Origin: Felis catus
Lineage: Eukaryota
NCBI RefSeq assembly: GCF_018350175.1
Contig: NC_058383.1
Span: 18,044,001-18,104,000 of the forward strand
Direction of reading: 5' to 3'
Length of the DNA stretch: 60,000 nucleotides
The position numbers and the translations under genes were made by a program. The notes beneath the pieces are model-generated. The model searched no databases and was not told the origin of the DNA. It worked only from the letters and a program-made list of their open reading frames with translations. Below are positions 24,499-37,311 of the stretch, piece after piece (position 1 is the first letter of the stretch; each line of letters starts with the position of its first letter).

Positions 24499-26007
24499 TG
24501 AGCTGCCATCTTTGATATCCAGTGTTTGGTTCCATCCTGTGGGATATACTCCTCATAAGGAAGATGAAAGACAGACAGTAGTAAGAAGAGACAGAGGAGA
24601 GAATCAGAGAGAGAGCTTGGGGGAGGAGAAGAGACAGAGAGAAGAGGCAGAAGGAAAAAGGGATGGAGACAGTGAATACAAAGAACAACTCTTAGAGCAG
24701 GAGATGATGGGGAAAGATCAAGACAAACGGAAAGAGAGAAGTAGGAAAGAAAGAAAACCAGAGAGGACAAGAGAGACAGAACAAAACAGCTGGAATGAGG
24801 AAGTAATCTCACCAGGACATGCTTGTTTTGAACTTGAAGCAGAGATCAAACAATGCAACCTTGGCTGCCCTCCTTGCTCCCGGAATCTCCAGGCCAAGAG
24901 CCCTGTCCTATTTCCGGCTCCTTAGGTTGGGGCTCCCTGGCTTTCCTGGGAGGAGTCCTCAGTCCTAGATGGTCTATGAGGGGTGGATACTCTATGTGTC
25001 CAGCTACTAATCATTAATCACCAAGGCTAATAACTCCAGCTCTTCCCTGGGCTCCACCCATCTCTCTGCTTGGGAGGGCCCACTGACTCAGAGGGTCAAA
25101 GAGCCAATCCTAGAGGAGTCAAGAAGTAGGACTCAGGAGTCCATCCTAGAGACTTGGGTGGAAGAGAAGAGCCTCAGAAGAGAAGAAATCTATGACATCA
25201 AGCTAACCTATGGGAAGGAGCTGTTGTCCCGTGTGGGCCTTATCCCCCAGAAGATTCAGCCATGGCTCCCAGGAGCCCCGAGAGCCTTGAGCCCAGAACT
25301 TCCCCCAAGGGAGGAACCATGTACCATTACTTCCTCAGCGTCCCACATGCCTATTGGCCTGACTGCCTGTCTCTCAGGAGGGAGATCGACAGGTGTTAGT
25401 TGTCCACCTGCAGCAACACATTACCCTTCTCAGAAAAGTTTTGTAAACAGTCTGGCAGATTGAGGATGGATAGATGGGGGAAAAAAAGCCAAGTATGGCA
25501 AAATATTAACCATGGTAGAATCTACGTGGTGTGCATATGAGTGTTCACTGTACATTTCTTTCAATTTTTCTCTATGTTTGGATTTTTTTCATATAAAATA
25601 ACAGGAAAGAGGAAGAAAAAAATTGTCTGGAAAATAGTAGACACTCCTAAGTACAGGGCATAGGGTGTATCATCCCTTCCCACGAGAGTTTAGATTTCAA
25701 ATGTAGGACAATGAGGACAATGTTTCTCCTGAAAGATGACAGATTGCAGGTAGGAGCACCTGTAGAACACCCAAATAGGGGAGCGACAACCTTAGACTAC
25801 ACCCAGAAGAAATTAGTAACTTTGGCCACCCAAAGCTCCTGGCTCTTCTGTTGGTGACTGTTTCCTCAACTTTATTCTGTCCATCCTGATACCTGGGCCT
25901 TGGCCCAGAGAGGACACCACTCTGACAACTGACCCCAAGAGGCTGATCATGTTTGCTCAGGAGGTGAAGTTCACACGATAAAGAGCAGGGGGAGGGCTTG
26001 GACCTGA

Positions 26008-26059
26008 TATAAAAGATCTGGAAGTCTCAGGGGGGTTACTTTGCACCTGGAACTGCCAG
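26008..26059 (+). promoter_or_regulatory. ZG16: ZG16 copy A TATA box (26008-26014) and short non-coding exon 1 ending at 26059
   Basis: TATAAAAG, then a CAG|GTGAGG donor about 45 nt downstream. Conserved in copy B. Upstream TGTTTGCT (FOXA-like, 25950-25957) and CGATAA (GATA-like, 25976-25981). Confidence 0.75.
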
Positions 26060-26968
26060 GTGAGGGGTGACAGAGGCCTGGGCTAAGGGGTGGAAGTATT
26101 GGCTAGATTTGACTTAGGGGGGAATTCAAGCAGAGCTGGACTGCCTGGAGTGAGTGGCAGGGGAGACCTGTGTGACAGGTACCTGGGGCATCTGAGGGAG
26201 GTGCAAAGATATCTGGGTCTCAGAGGAAAGACTGGAGATACCTGGGATGCTCGGGGTATCGATACAGCCAGATTTGTGTTAGTGGAGAAAGAATTATGAC
26301 AAATAGACCAGGCATCTGGAATCTGATATCTTGAGCTGTGGTTCAAACTCGTTGTGCAGTTTCTCAACTGTTCCGATGCTGGTATTGGCACAGTCTCATC
26401 TATAATCACCCTCACTGCCTGGATGACACAGAGACGCACCCCTAAAATGCTCCTTTCCTTCTGATTTGAGACCCAGCTAAAGCTAGGAACTTAAACTCTG
26501 CCCCAGAGGTCCCCCTAGCCAGGCCCATGTGTCACAGGCAGGTTGCAGTTAGGTTTTGCTCAGAATCCTGGTTTGGTAAACTCAACCATCTCTATGGTTT
26601 GGAGATGGCCTCCACTTCTTTGAAACTCTTTTCCTGCTTTGTGCCAGGAGGCACCAGGACTTACACGGGTTGGTCCAGACAGAGGCTTAGGATTGATCTT
26701 CTGACTCAGGATGGAACAAGGGGGTCGACTACCTCGAGACCAGGGAGGACAGAGGGGTTAAGGACATCGTACCTGCCAGGAGCAGGACTAGAGACTAGGG
26801 GCAATCCTTTCTGAGCCCAAGACTGGGTCAGTTAGGTCTGAGTTGAGGGACAAAGAGGGCCGAGTCTCAGTTGGAGGTCTAAACCAGTGAAGCCTGGGTA
26901 AATGAAGTCAAAAGGAAACAGGGTGAATGAACCTTGACATTCTCCTTTCTTTCCCCTCCAGTCCCAGA

Positions 26969-28331
26969 ATGTTGACCATTACTCTTCTTGCCCTTGTCTG
27001 CGCATCAGCCTCAGCCAATGCCAGTAAGTGAGAGGCCAGGAGACCAGTATTAGCGTCATGGGAAGACAGCTTCCTGCTCTGCCAGTGGCCAAGGCTCACA
27101 GGGGCTGGCTTGGGGTGGTGGGCATCGAGTTGTGGGAAGTGTAGGAGTGGTGAGGAGGGACTGGAGCTCTTGAGATCTCTCCTTCTGACACCTACTGTCC
27201 CCTCCAGTTCAGGCTAGGTCCTCCTCCTACAATGGAGAGTATGGAGGCGGTGGAGGCGAGCGATTCTCCCATTCTGGTTACCAGCTGGAGGGTCCCATCA
27301 CTGCCATCCGTATCCGGGTCAACAGATACTACATCGTAGGGTAAGATTCTTTGTGTGTCTGTGGTTTGGGGATCCTCTCCGATCTTACCACACTGGAAAG
27401 TTCTCAGTCACTTTGGGTCACATCTATTTCAGTCAACAAGTCCCAGGGACAACTTGGGATGTGAAAGGTATCAGGAGGCTGGGGTCTGAGGCCGGTGCTG
27501 CTATAGCCCTACAGACCCCAGCGTGCATGTCCTCAGGCGAATCTGTACCACAGCCGCTGAGGCGCTGGGAAGCTGGCTACTATGGCCCCACCTGAGGTGT
27601 AGATCCCCTTGGGCATCCTCCATCTTGGATGACACTCTCCCCAAAACATGTATCCTTCTGATCCTGGGGCAACAGAGTCTCTTCCCTCATGAAAGCCGTC
27701 CAGAAAGGCCCATCTGCTTCTTTCACGTAGGGGTTGGGGGCACAGCCGGAACCTAGATTTCAAAGTGAAGCTCTACCACTGTCCGGGGGGCTCCGGCCAA
27801 GTTACTTTTCCTCTCTGAGCCTATCTGTCGGCAAAAGGAGTTGAAGTTCACAGTGGGACCTCAAGGGCTCCCTCATCCCTCACACACCTTGGCACTGGCA
27901 GGGGACCTGTCATCTCTGCCACCAGTTTGCAGGTCTCTCGGCTTGTAGGCCAAGAGGTCCTGAATTCCAATCACCCTGCTCAGTCTTCCCTCCCTCACCA
28001 CCCCCCTCCGCCCAGCCTCCAGGTGCGCTATGGCAAGGTGTGGAGCGACTATGTGGGTGGCACCCAGGGAGACCTGGAGGAGATTTTCCTGCACCCCGGG
28101 GAGTCAGTGATCCAGGTGTCTGGCAAGTACAAGTACTACCTGAGGAAGCTCGTCTTTGTGACTGACAAGGGCCGGTACCTGCCTTTTGGGAAAGACACAG
28201 GCACGAGTTTCAATGCTGTCCCCTTGTACCCCAACACCGTGCTACGCTTCATCAGCGGCCGATCTGGTGCCCTCATCAATGCCATCGGCCTGCACTGGGA
28301 CGTCTATCCCAGCGACTGTGGCAGTTGCTGA
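26969..28331 (+). CDS. ZG16: Zymogen granule protein 16, copy A (secreted jacalin/beta-prism lectin, 167 aa); coding exons 26969-27023, 27208-27340, 28016-28331
   Basis: Spliced translation MLTITLLALVCASASANAIQARSSSYNGEYGGGGGERFSHSGYQLEGPITAIRIRVNRYYIVGLQVRYGKVWSDYVGG...RFISGRSGALINAIGLHWDVYPSDCGSC. All introns are GT-AG with compatible phases (55+133+316 nt). Has a signal peptide and GG loop. Confidence 0.97.
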
Positions 28332-28409
28332 ACCGCAGCCTTGCCCTGGGCCAGGCACTGCAGTGGGGCTGTGAGAACTACCTTACCACCAACCCAACCT
28401 ACAGGGTTC

Positions 28410-28427
28410 AATAAAAATAATAATAAA
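28410..28427 (+). terminator. ZG16: ZG16 copy A polyadenylation signals
   Basis: AATAAA at 28410 and 28422, about 80 nt after the stop, followed by a GT-rich tract. Confidence 0.8.
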
Positions 28428-30384
28428 AGGACATAGCTGACGCTGGAGTGTATGTGGGTGTGTGCAGCTGGGACCCGCCTCCTGACTCTGGCTGTGGATG
28501 TGTGAATCTCCTTTCTGGCTATCTGTTGGACGTCTTTCTGGTGAAGAGTGGGAGGGAGAGAGAGAGGTGTAATGTCTTGGGCTTTTCTTCATAGTTTATC
28601 GAGAAGAGGAAAGATTCTGTCTTGCTCCAACTCTTTTTTTTCAAGGATAGCTCCTGACACTAGTTTATCCAAACTGGGGTTCCAAGCCTGAGAGTGCGGC
28701 CTAGCTTACTGCCCAAACCCCAGATGTCCAACTCTCTAGACCATGTCTCCCTTGAGATAGTGTCTCCCCACCAAAAGGCTGTCACTTGGCTCTCTTGCCA
28801 TTAACCCACTTGCTGTCTCTGGGTGGCCTGGGCCATTTTCTTTCGTGCTTTCTCAGAATCCACCCGACTCCCGAAGCTTGGCCCACGTTTGTGTCAAGAA
28901 ATCTGTCTCTTACTCCAGCCTGGTTCCTCCCCACCTTTGCCCATAAGCACTGATGCTCCCTGCTTAGCTCAGCTCGCTCAGAATTGGGCTTCTTTCCCTA
29001 GGAAGCCGCTACCTCCTCAACGGCTTCTACTCTGCCAATACCATCCTCAAAAATGGACATTCCAAGAGGGATAGATGTCCATGGTGGGTTTCCATGAACG
29101 TTGGGGGTTGGTTACCATTCAGGGGAAGCAACAGAGTGGCTGAATAGATTCAGCAAGGATATAAAGTTGCTTTGGAAATAAGCTTTGGACTCTAGTGCCC
29201 AGTCCTAAAATTACCACAGTGTTTTGTTTTTGCCTTTTGGTGGTGGTGGTTGGGGGTGAGGGAAGGCACTCATTGCTCCCCAAAGATTTATTCACATTAT
29301 GGTGAATGCCAGAGTCACATTTCTTCCCAATGAGACAAAGATAATAATTGTTTACATGTAATTTGAGGAAGAAATATTAACATTACAGAAACAAACTCAT
29401 GCCTAGAGAGTTTTTAGAACAATTCCTTTATTTCTCTCAAAGAATTCCATGGGATGGAGTATCATGTCAGAGTAATTTGTTTTGAGATATAAAGTACATA
29501 AAATTCACCCATTTATTTATTTATTTATTTATTTAAGTTTATTTGAGAGAGAGCATGAGCGGCGGAGGGGCAGAGAGAAGAGAGACAGAGGCAGAGAGAA
29601 TCCCAAGCAGCCTCCACACTCAGTGCGGAGCCTAAAGCGGGGCTCGATCTCACAAACCGTGAGATCATGACCTGAGCTGAAATCCAGAGTCAGCCACTTC
29701 ACCGACTGAGCCATTGGGTGCCCCAATAATCGACCTTTTAAAGTGTGCCATTTCTGACGTTTTTAGTACATTCAGAGATTGTGCAACTATCACCGCTAAT
29801 GCCAGAATTTCGTCATCAGCTCAGAAAGAAATCCCATCCCCATTAAGCAGTCGCTCCCCATTCCTCTCCCCCAGCCCCTCGTAACCACCCATCTACTTTC
29901 TGTCTCTATGGATTTCCCTGTTCCGGGCATTTCATGTAGATGGAATTGTACAGCAGTGTGGTCTTTTGTGTCTGGCTTATCCCATTTAGTGTATTTTCAA
30001 GGATCATCCACGTGGTAGCACGTTCAGGACTTTGTACCCTTGTGCAGCTGAATCTGACACATCAGGTACCTGGTCAACTTCAGGATCAGCTTTGCACCAG
30101 CGGGTCTCACCCTGAGCCAGTGAAGTCGCTGGCACCTGACAGACAGCTGCCGTAGAAGAGGACAAAGTCATGGGATTCCCGGCTTTTGTGTAGTCGACAT
30201 ATTAGACTTTTGTAAAAGATTTTATTTAAAGAAAATTTTCCTTTCCTTATAAAGTTCTAAAATTGCTAAATTGAGCTAATCATACATTTATCAAATGCTC
30301 TCTGCTAGGTGCTTGGGAATACAAAGACCACTGAAGAATTGTTTCTTTTCCTCTAGTCAAAGGGAAGACTTGGTGAAGGAAGGG

Positions 30385-30386
<2 letters not shown>

Positions 30387-30419
<33 letters not shown>

Positions 30420-30431
30420 TGTGTGTGTGTG
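30387..30431. repeat. (TG)n microsatellite (paralogue at 56865-56904)
   Basis: Direct reading. Confidence 0.9.
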
Positions 30432-32235
30432 AGCGTACGCATGTGCGTGTGTGATAGGGGCACAGTACTGGGCTCAGGCCACAGTCTATGCAGAAATATG
30501 AACACATTAAAATCACAATCGCACAGTTAAAATGCAAATCTCTACTGGGTAAAGATGAAGCCTCATGGAAAGGCAGGGACCATGCATGTCATGCTAAACT
30601 GTTGAAACTTTATTTTATGGGCTACAAGAAGCCACTGAACCAAGATTTTGTCCAGGGGATTGGTAAGATTTATACGAAAATCATCTTTCCTTGTATAAGT
30701 GGGGAAAATGGATTGAAGGTGAAGCAGGATGAGATAATAGTTAAGAGACTAGGTCTAGATCAGAAATGATGGATGTCTGAACAAAGGCAGTGATGTGAGG
30801 GAAAAAAGAGAGGGAGGAATTTGAGAGATTCGAGGGGGAAGGGAGACTCAGAAGAACTTGATAAAAGAACCCATGAAGGTGAGTCAAAGAGGAGAGTCTA
30901 GAAGAACTATCATGTCTAGTATGGGCAACTGGGAAGACAGAGATTCTTTCTAAGATGAGGACTACAGGAGAAGAAATTAGCTTTTGGACCTGTTGCATTT
31001 TTAAATAATATTTATTTTGAGAGGGAGGAAAAGAGAGAAAGAGAGCAAGAGAGCGCAGCAGCGGGTAAGCAAGAGACAGAGAGAGAGAGAGACCCAAGCA
31101 GGGTCCGTGCCACTAGTGCAGAGCTTTATGCAAGGCTCGATCTCACAAACCTGAGATCATGACCTGAGCCGAAATCAAGAGTCAGACGCTTAACTGACTG
31201 AGCCAGACAGCTGCCCCAAGGACCTGTTGCATTTTGACATATCTGTGGCACATCCTGATGGAGACCCAACATTACACAGAGGACTATTTAGCAATAAAGG
31301 CTTGGATACAGCTTTCAGGTAAGCCTTAGATTCAGGAGTCACAAGCACAGAGACAATGGACTTCCAGTGATGGATATGTGGAAGAAGTCACGTGGGAAAA
31401 CTGTGGGCGTATAAAATGAGAAGAAGGCTGGCGTCAGAGGATTGGAGAATACCAAAGAGGAATTGGTTAGAGAAAAGAGATGGGAGGGGCCGGGGAGGGA
31501 ACGCACTCAGGGGCAAGAGAGAAATTTCATGGAGCTGTTACTGCCATCTAAGCAAGAAAAAGACAGACTTGGGATTCTTTGCCTTTGACAATCAGAAGGT
31601 CACGAATAATCCCAACAGAGCTTCAGGGGATTGGGGGAAGCTGAAACCAGGCTGCAGTTGGCTAAGGAATGAATGAGAAATGAGGAAATACAGGCAGCAA
31701 GACTTGAATATTCCAAGATGTCTGGCTCCAGAAAGCCAGAAAATAGGCTAGTCACAGTTATGGGGAATGTAAGGAAAGAGAGATCGGGTTTTTTTCCTAG
31801 ACAGGGGAGACATGAGCATGTTTATATGATGAAGAAGGAGTCAGAGGGAAGAAGAGGCTGAGGATTCAGGAAAGAGGAGGGAACTGATGGAACAAGGTCT
31901 CGCAGGAGATTGGGGAGGATGTTTTATGTAGCTGTTGGGGCAGGAAACCTTAAGAAAGAAGAAAATGAAGATGAGTGAAGGTACAGGTTAGTTTGTAGAG
32001 GGAGTGGGTATGGAGCAAACCTTGAGGGAATTAATACTCAACCTTGACTTGTTCGGTTGCATAAGTAAACCTGCCTGTTGTATGAGTCACATTCTTCCAG
32101 AGGAAAACCAGCAGGAGAGATACATACATATATACATAAAGAGTTTTTTTCTTTTAAGATTTCATTTCATTTTATTTATTTAAATGCTTTATTTTTGTGA
32201 GAGAGGGAGAAAGGAAGAGCACAGGAGGAGGAGCA

Positions 32236-32270
<35 letters not shown>

Positions 32271-32981
32271 ATCCGAAGCAGGCTCCAGCTGTCAGCACAG
32301 AGCCCACTCAGGGCTTAAACTCGTGAACCGCAACATCATGACCTGAGCTGAATTTGGATGCTTAACCGAAGGGGCCACCCAGGCGCCTCTTTAAGGTTAT
32401 TTATTTAAATATTTTATGTTTATTTTGAGAGAGAGAGACAGAGAGAGAGAGAGACAGAGAGAGAGTGCACACACTAGCAAGCGTGAGTTGGGGAGGAGCA
32501 GAGTGAGGGAGACAGAACCCTAAGTGGGCTTCAGTCTCTGAGCTGTCAGCACAGAGCCAGACATGGGGCTTGAACTCATGAACTTGAGAGCATGACCTGA
32601 GCTGAAGTCAGACGCTTGATTGACTGAGCCACCCAGGCGTCCCTTCTTATTCTTGTTGTTGGAGGTATTTTTTTATGTTTTTTTTTCTCCTTTGTTGACT
32701 TATGAGCTATAACTCTTTCAGTGTGTGTGTGTAGTTGCTTTAGGGTTTATAGCATTCAACTTTAACCTATCTCAGTCTGCTTCTGAGAAGCATTAGACCA
32801 TATCATACATAGTATAAAAATCTTGCAACTGTAGACTTCCATTTCACCTCTCCTGGCCTCTATGCTATCATTGTGATGTATTTAACTTTTATATATATTG
32901 TAACCTCCACAGTATACTATTCTTTTTTTAGAAAAAAATCAATTATCTTTGAAAGGTACTTAAATAATAAGAAAATAAGTC

Positions 32982-33117
32982 ATACATATATATATATATA
33001 CATATATATATATACATGTTATATATATATACATATATATGTATATATATATATGTTTATATATATACATATATATATATGTTTATATATATACACAAAT
33101 ATATACACATATATATC
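32982..33117. repeat. Imperfect (TA)n microsatellite (shorter paralogues at ~6548-6580 and ~59468-59520)
   Basis: Direct reading. Confidence 0.9.
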
Positions 33118-33967
33118 CATATGTCTACTATTTTTTTTAATTTTTAAATTTTTATATAATCTCCATATCCAACGTGTGGCTCGGTCTCACAACCCAGAGA
33201 TCAAGAGTCACGTGGTCTACTAACTGAGCCAGCCAAGTGCCCCTATATCTAAGTTTATTTATTTTGAGAGACAGAAAGAGCAGAGGAGGGGCAGAGAGAG
33301 AGAGAGGGAGAGAGAGAATCTCAGGCAGGCTCTGTGCTGTGAGCATGGAGCCTGATGTGGGCTCAAACTGACGAGCCGTGAGATCATGACCTGAGCTGGA
33401 ACCAAGAGCTGGACGCCTAACTGACTGAGCCACCCAGGCGCCCCTACAATTTCTACTATTTCTGATGCTCCTCATTCCTTTTGTGAATCCAGATTTCTTG
33501 TAGGATTATTTTTCTGCCGCTCAAAGGATGTCATTTTACAATTTCATTGGGTGTGGGTCTTCTGGTTCAGCTTTTGTAAATCTGAAAATGTCTCTTTTTT
33601 GCCTTCACTTTTTTTTTTGAATTGAGATGTAATTGACATAGAACATTATATTAGTTAAAATGTATAATGTGATGATTCGATATCTGTGTATATTGCACAA
33701 TGATTACCACAAGAAGTCTAGTTAACATCCATCCCCACACCTAGTCACAGTTTTCTTTTCTTGTGATGAGAACTTTTAAGATCTACTCTCTTAGGAACTT
33801 TCCAGTATAGATTACAATATTGTTAACTATAGGCACCACACGGTACATTACATCCTCAGGACTTATTTATTTTATGACTCTACTTTGTACCTTTTGACCC
33901 CTTTCACTCACCAATCTGTTCTCAGTATCTATGAATTTGGGCTTTGCTTTTTTTAAATTTTATTTAC

Positions 33968-33998
<31 letters not shown>

Positions 33999-34459
33999 TT
34001 TTAAGTAAGCTTCATGCCCACCACGGAGCCCAACATAAAGCTTGAACTCACGACCCCAAGATCAAGATCCGAGCTAAGATCAGGAGTTGGATGCTTAACC
34101 ACTGAGTTGGACACTTAACCATCTTAACCCCGTTAAAGATTTACTTTTGTTTATTTTAAAGGTTACTTACTGTTGAGAGAGAGAGAACATAGGGAAAGGG
34201 AAGAGAGAGGAGGAGAGAGAGAGACAATCCCAAGCAGGCTCCTCACCATCAGCATGGAGCTGGACTTGGGCTTGAACTCATGAACTGTGACATCATGACC
34301 TGAGCCAAAGTTGGAACTTAACCAACTGAGCCACCAAGGCGCCCCTAAAGATTTTAGTTTTTAAATAATCTCCATACTCAATGTGGGGCTTCGGGCTTGA
34401 ACTCACAACCCCAAGCCCAAGAGGTGCGTGATTTACTGATGAAGCCAGCCTGGTGCCCC

Positions 34460-34700
34460 TTTGGGCAATTTGATTATGGAGTGCCTCGGTGGAGATTCTT
34501 GTGGGTGAGATTTGTTGAGCTTCTTGTATCTGTAGGTTTATAATTTTCATCAAGCTTGGAAATTATTCAGCCATTAGTTCTTAAAATATTTTTCCATCTC
34601 TCTGTCTCTCCTCTCCTTCAACTCCAATCATTCACACACTAGGCCACTTGAGGTCATCCCACAGCACACTGATGCATTTTTCATTAAAAAAACTTCCTTT
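34460..34700 (-). mobile_element. Ancient L1M ORF1 fragment (continues at ~41494-41620), interrupted by the young L1
   Basis: Minus-strand peptides KIINLQIQEAQQI (34553 ORF) and SEMKTTLNGINSGLDIAEEKISE (41609 ORF) are ORF1p-like and flank the L1 TSDs. Confidence 0.7.
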
Positions 34701-36430
34701 CGGACTTATGGTAGGGAGGAGCCCAGATGGCAGAACAGCATGGAAGTTTTGTGTGTCTCGCATCCATGAAATACAGCCAGACCAACACTAAACCATCCTG
34801 CACACCTAGAAAACTGACCTGAGGCTTAACACAACAATGCGCACAACCGGAATCACAGAATTCAGCAGGCACGCAGCACAGAGAGGTGAACTGGGAGGTA
34901 GAGAAGCCAAGGAGGGTAGGGACCCGCTTTTGTGTGTGGAGAGAGATTGGAGACGTGGGGGTGGGGGGAGGAGGTGAAAAGTACCCCCCTCAAAAGCAGC
35001 TGGAGAAAAAGTGGAAAAGTATAAACAGCCGCAGGGAATGAACTAAAAAAGGAGAAGGAGAAAGGAGAGGGTTTAAATTCCATTAAGACTCTACAAACCG
35101 GGGGAGTGCAGAGGTTGAAACTCCGCAGCTAATACCTGGCAGTGCTCTGGTGGGAAGGGCAAATCTCCAGGAGCAGAGTGGACTCCAGGGTTCTTCAGGC
35201 CACACGGGAGAGGCGGTTCCCCTGCTGGGAGGACACCTGTGTGGTTCCCCAAAGGCAAGGCCCCATGGACCCGGGAAAACAACCACATTCGCAGGTACTG
35301 GAGCAGGGTTGTTGGGGGTAAGGCCTGGTGCCAGACACGTGTTGTGATTTTCCATAGTTCCTGAAATGCTGCTGCTACACTATCGTGTGAACTTTTTCTG
35401 GGGCAGTCTGGCACCCGGCCGCAGTCTCTGGGCGTGGGCAGCAGCACAGTCTCTCAAACGTTCCTGAGTGTGGCCAGCACCAGGCCATTGTTCGGTGAGG
35501 CCCTCCACAGAGGGGCAGAATGGGTCAAAGCCCCAGTCCCTCAGAAGTAAGGGGCCGGGAAAAACACCCGCATCAGAGACAAAACTCAGGAGGGAGGTGC
35601 TGCTTGGGGCTTGGTCACGAACTGCATAAAAGCGGGGAGTGGATGGAATCTGAATACAAAGGACGGGTGTGTGATTGCTGATCGGGGAGAACAGAGTTCT
35701 GATACTAGAGAATGGGTGACTGGGTGACGCCATTTTCACCACTCCTGCGCATGCGCATATACACCTACAAGCGACACAACCGTCCACCCCAGCAAGCTAA
35801 GCAGTGCCATCTAGTGGAGAACGGAGCCATTACACTAAGTTCCGCCCAACTGGGCCAACCTCGCTCTTCAGGAACAGAAGACTCTCCACCTGCTTAGTTT
35901 GGGGACTATAAAGTACTTCATAGTTTGACTACTAGGAGAAAACGAAATAATTTCAGTCGTATTTCAGTCTGCTCACCATTCCATCTATTCAATTTTCTTT
36001 CTTTTTTTCCCTTTCTTCTTTATTCTCTTTTTCATTTCTTTTTCTTGAATACAGAAAAGAAATAAAAATCATTTATTTTCAATTTTCATTAAAATATTTT
36101 TCTTTATTTTTTCTACTATATTTTTTAATTTTCTGTATTTTTTCTAATTCTATTTTACTTCCATCATTTCATTTTAGTCTACTTCAGTGTATTCATTTTT
36201 TCAAAATTTCAAATGATTTCCTTTTTTTTTCCTTTCCCTTTTTTTCTCTAATCTATCAAGCCCCTTTCAACGCCCTGACCAAAACACACCTAGGATCTTG
36301 GATCATTTATTCGATTTTGTGTGTGTGCGTGTGTGTCTTTGTTTTTAATTTTTTAAGTTTAATATTTTTTAATTTTAGTATTTTTAAAATTTTATTTTTT
36401 TACCTCATTCATTCTTTTTCTCCCTTCAAA

Positions 36431-37311
36431 ATGATGAAACGAAGGAATTCAACCCAAAAGAAAGAGCAGGAAGAAAAGACAGCCAGGGACTTATCCAACA
36501 CAGAAACAAGCAAGATGTCTGAACCAGAATTTAGAATCATGATAATAAGAATACTAGCTGGAGTTGAAAATAGATTAGAATCCCTTTCTGGGAAGATAAA
36601 AGAAGTAAAATCTAGTCAGGATGAAATAAAAAATGCTATAACTGAGCTGCAATCTCGAATGGAAGCCACAGCAGCAAGGATGGATGAGACAGAACAGAGA
36701 ATCCGTGATATAGAGGACAAACTTATGGAGAATAATGAAGCAGAGAAAAAGAGGGAGATTAAGGGAAAAGGGCACGATTTAAGAACTAGAGAAATCAGTG
36801 ACTCATTAAAAAGGAACAACATCAGAATCATAGGGGTCCCAGAAGAGGAAGGGAGAGAAATAGGGGTAGAAGGGTTATGTGAGCAAATCATAGCGGGAAA
36901 CTTTCCTAACCTGAGGAAAGACACAGACATAAAAATCCAGGAAGCACAGAGGACCCCCATTAGATTAAACAAAACCGACCATCAACAAGGCATATGAGAG
37001 TCAAATTCACAAAATACTCCGACAAGGAGAGAATCATGAAAGCAGCAAGGGAAAAAGAGTCCCTAACCTACAAGGGAGGACAGATCAGGTTTGCAGCAGA
37101 CCTATCCACAGAAACTTGGCAGGCCAGAAAGGAGTGGCAGGATATAGTCAATGTGCTGAATTGGAAAAATATGCACCCAAGAATTCTTTATCCAGCAAGG
37201 CTGTCATTCAAAATAGAAGGAGACATAAAAAGTTTCCCAGACAAACAAAAATTAAAGGAGTTTGTGACCACTAAACCAGCCCTGCAAGAAATTTTAAGGG
37301 GGACTCTCTGA
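36431..37311 (+). pseudogene. L1 ORF1p (RNA-binding protein), frameshifted near 36975
   Basis: MMKRRNSTQKKEQEE...KRNNIRIIGVPEEE...IQEAQRTP, then a frame switch to VKFTKYSDKERIMKAAREK...LYPARLSFKIEG...LKEFVTTKPALQEILRG. Confidence 0.9.

Larger units (their letters stand above)
15800..33860 (+). repeat. Segmental duplication unit A (paralogous to ~43270-60000+)
   Basis: Collinear blocks 15800-17162/43270-44676, 22133-22390/44677-44952, 22800-24300/45630-47050 and 24500-33860/50730-60000. The ORF track shows identical paired spurious ORFs (e.g. 28823 vs 55296, 29940 vs 56421). Confidence 0.92.

Noticed and set aside
24467..24925. 152-aa charged ORF (EEKRQREEAEGKRD...)
   Set aside because: Translation of a purine-rich low-complexity tract starting inside a SINE; the frame is not preserved in the paralogue at ~50730-51150.
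27927..28015. N-terminal extension MQVSRLVGQEVL... of the 134-aa and 133-aa ZG16 ORFs
   Set aside because: Intron 3 read-through; the real exon starts after the AG acceptor at 28016 (54489 in copy B).
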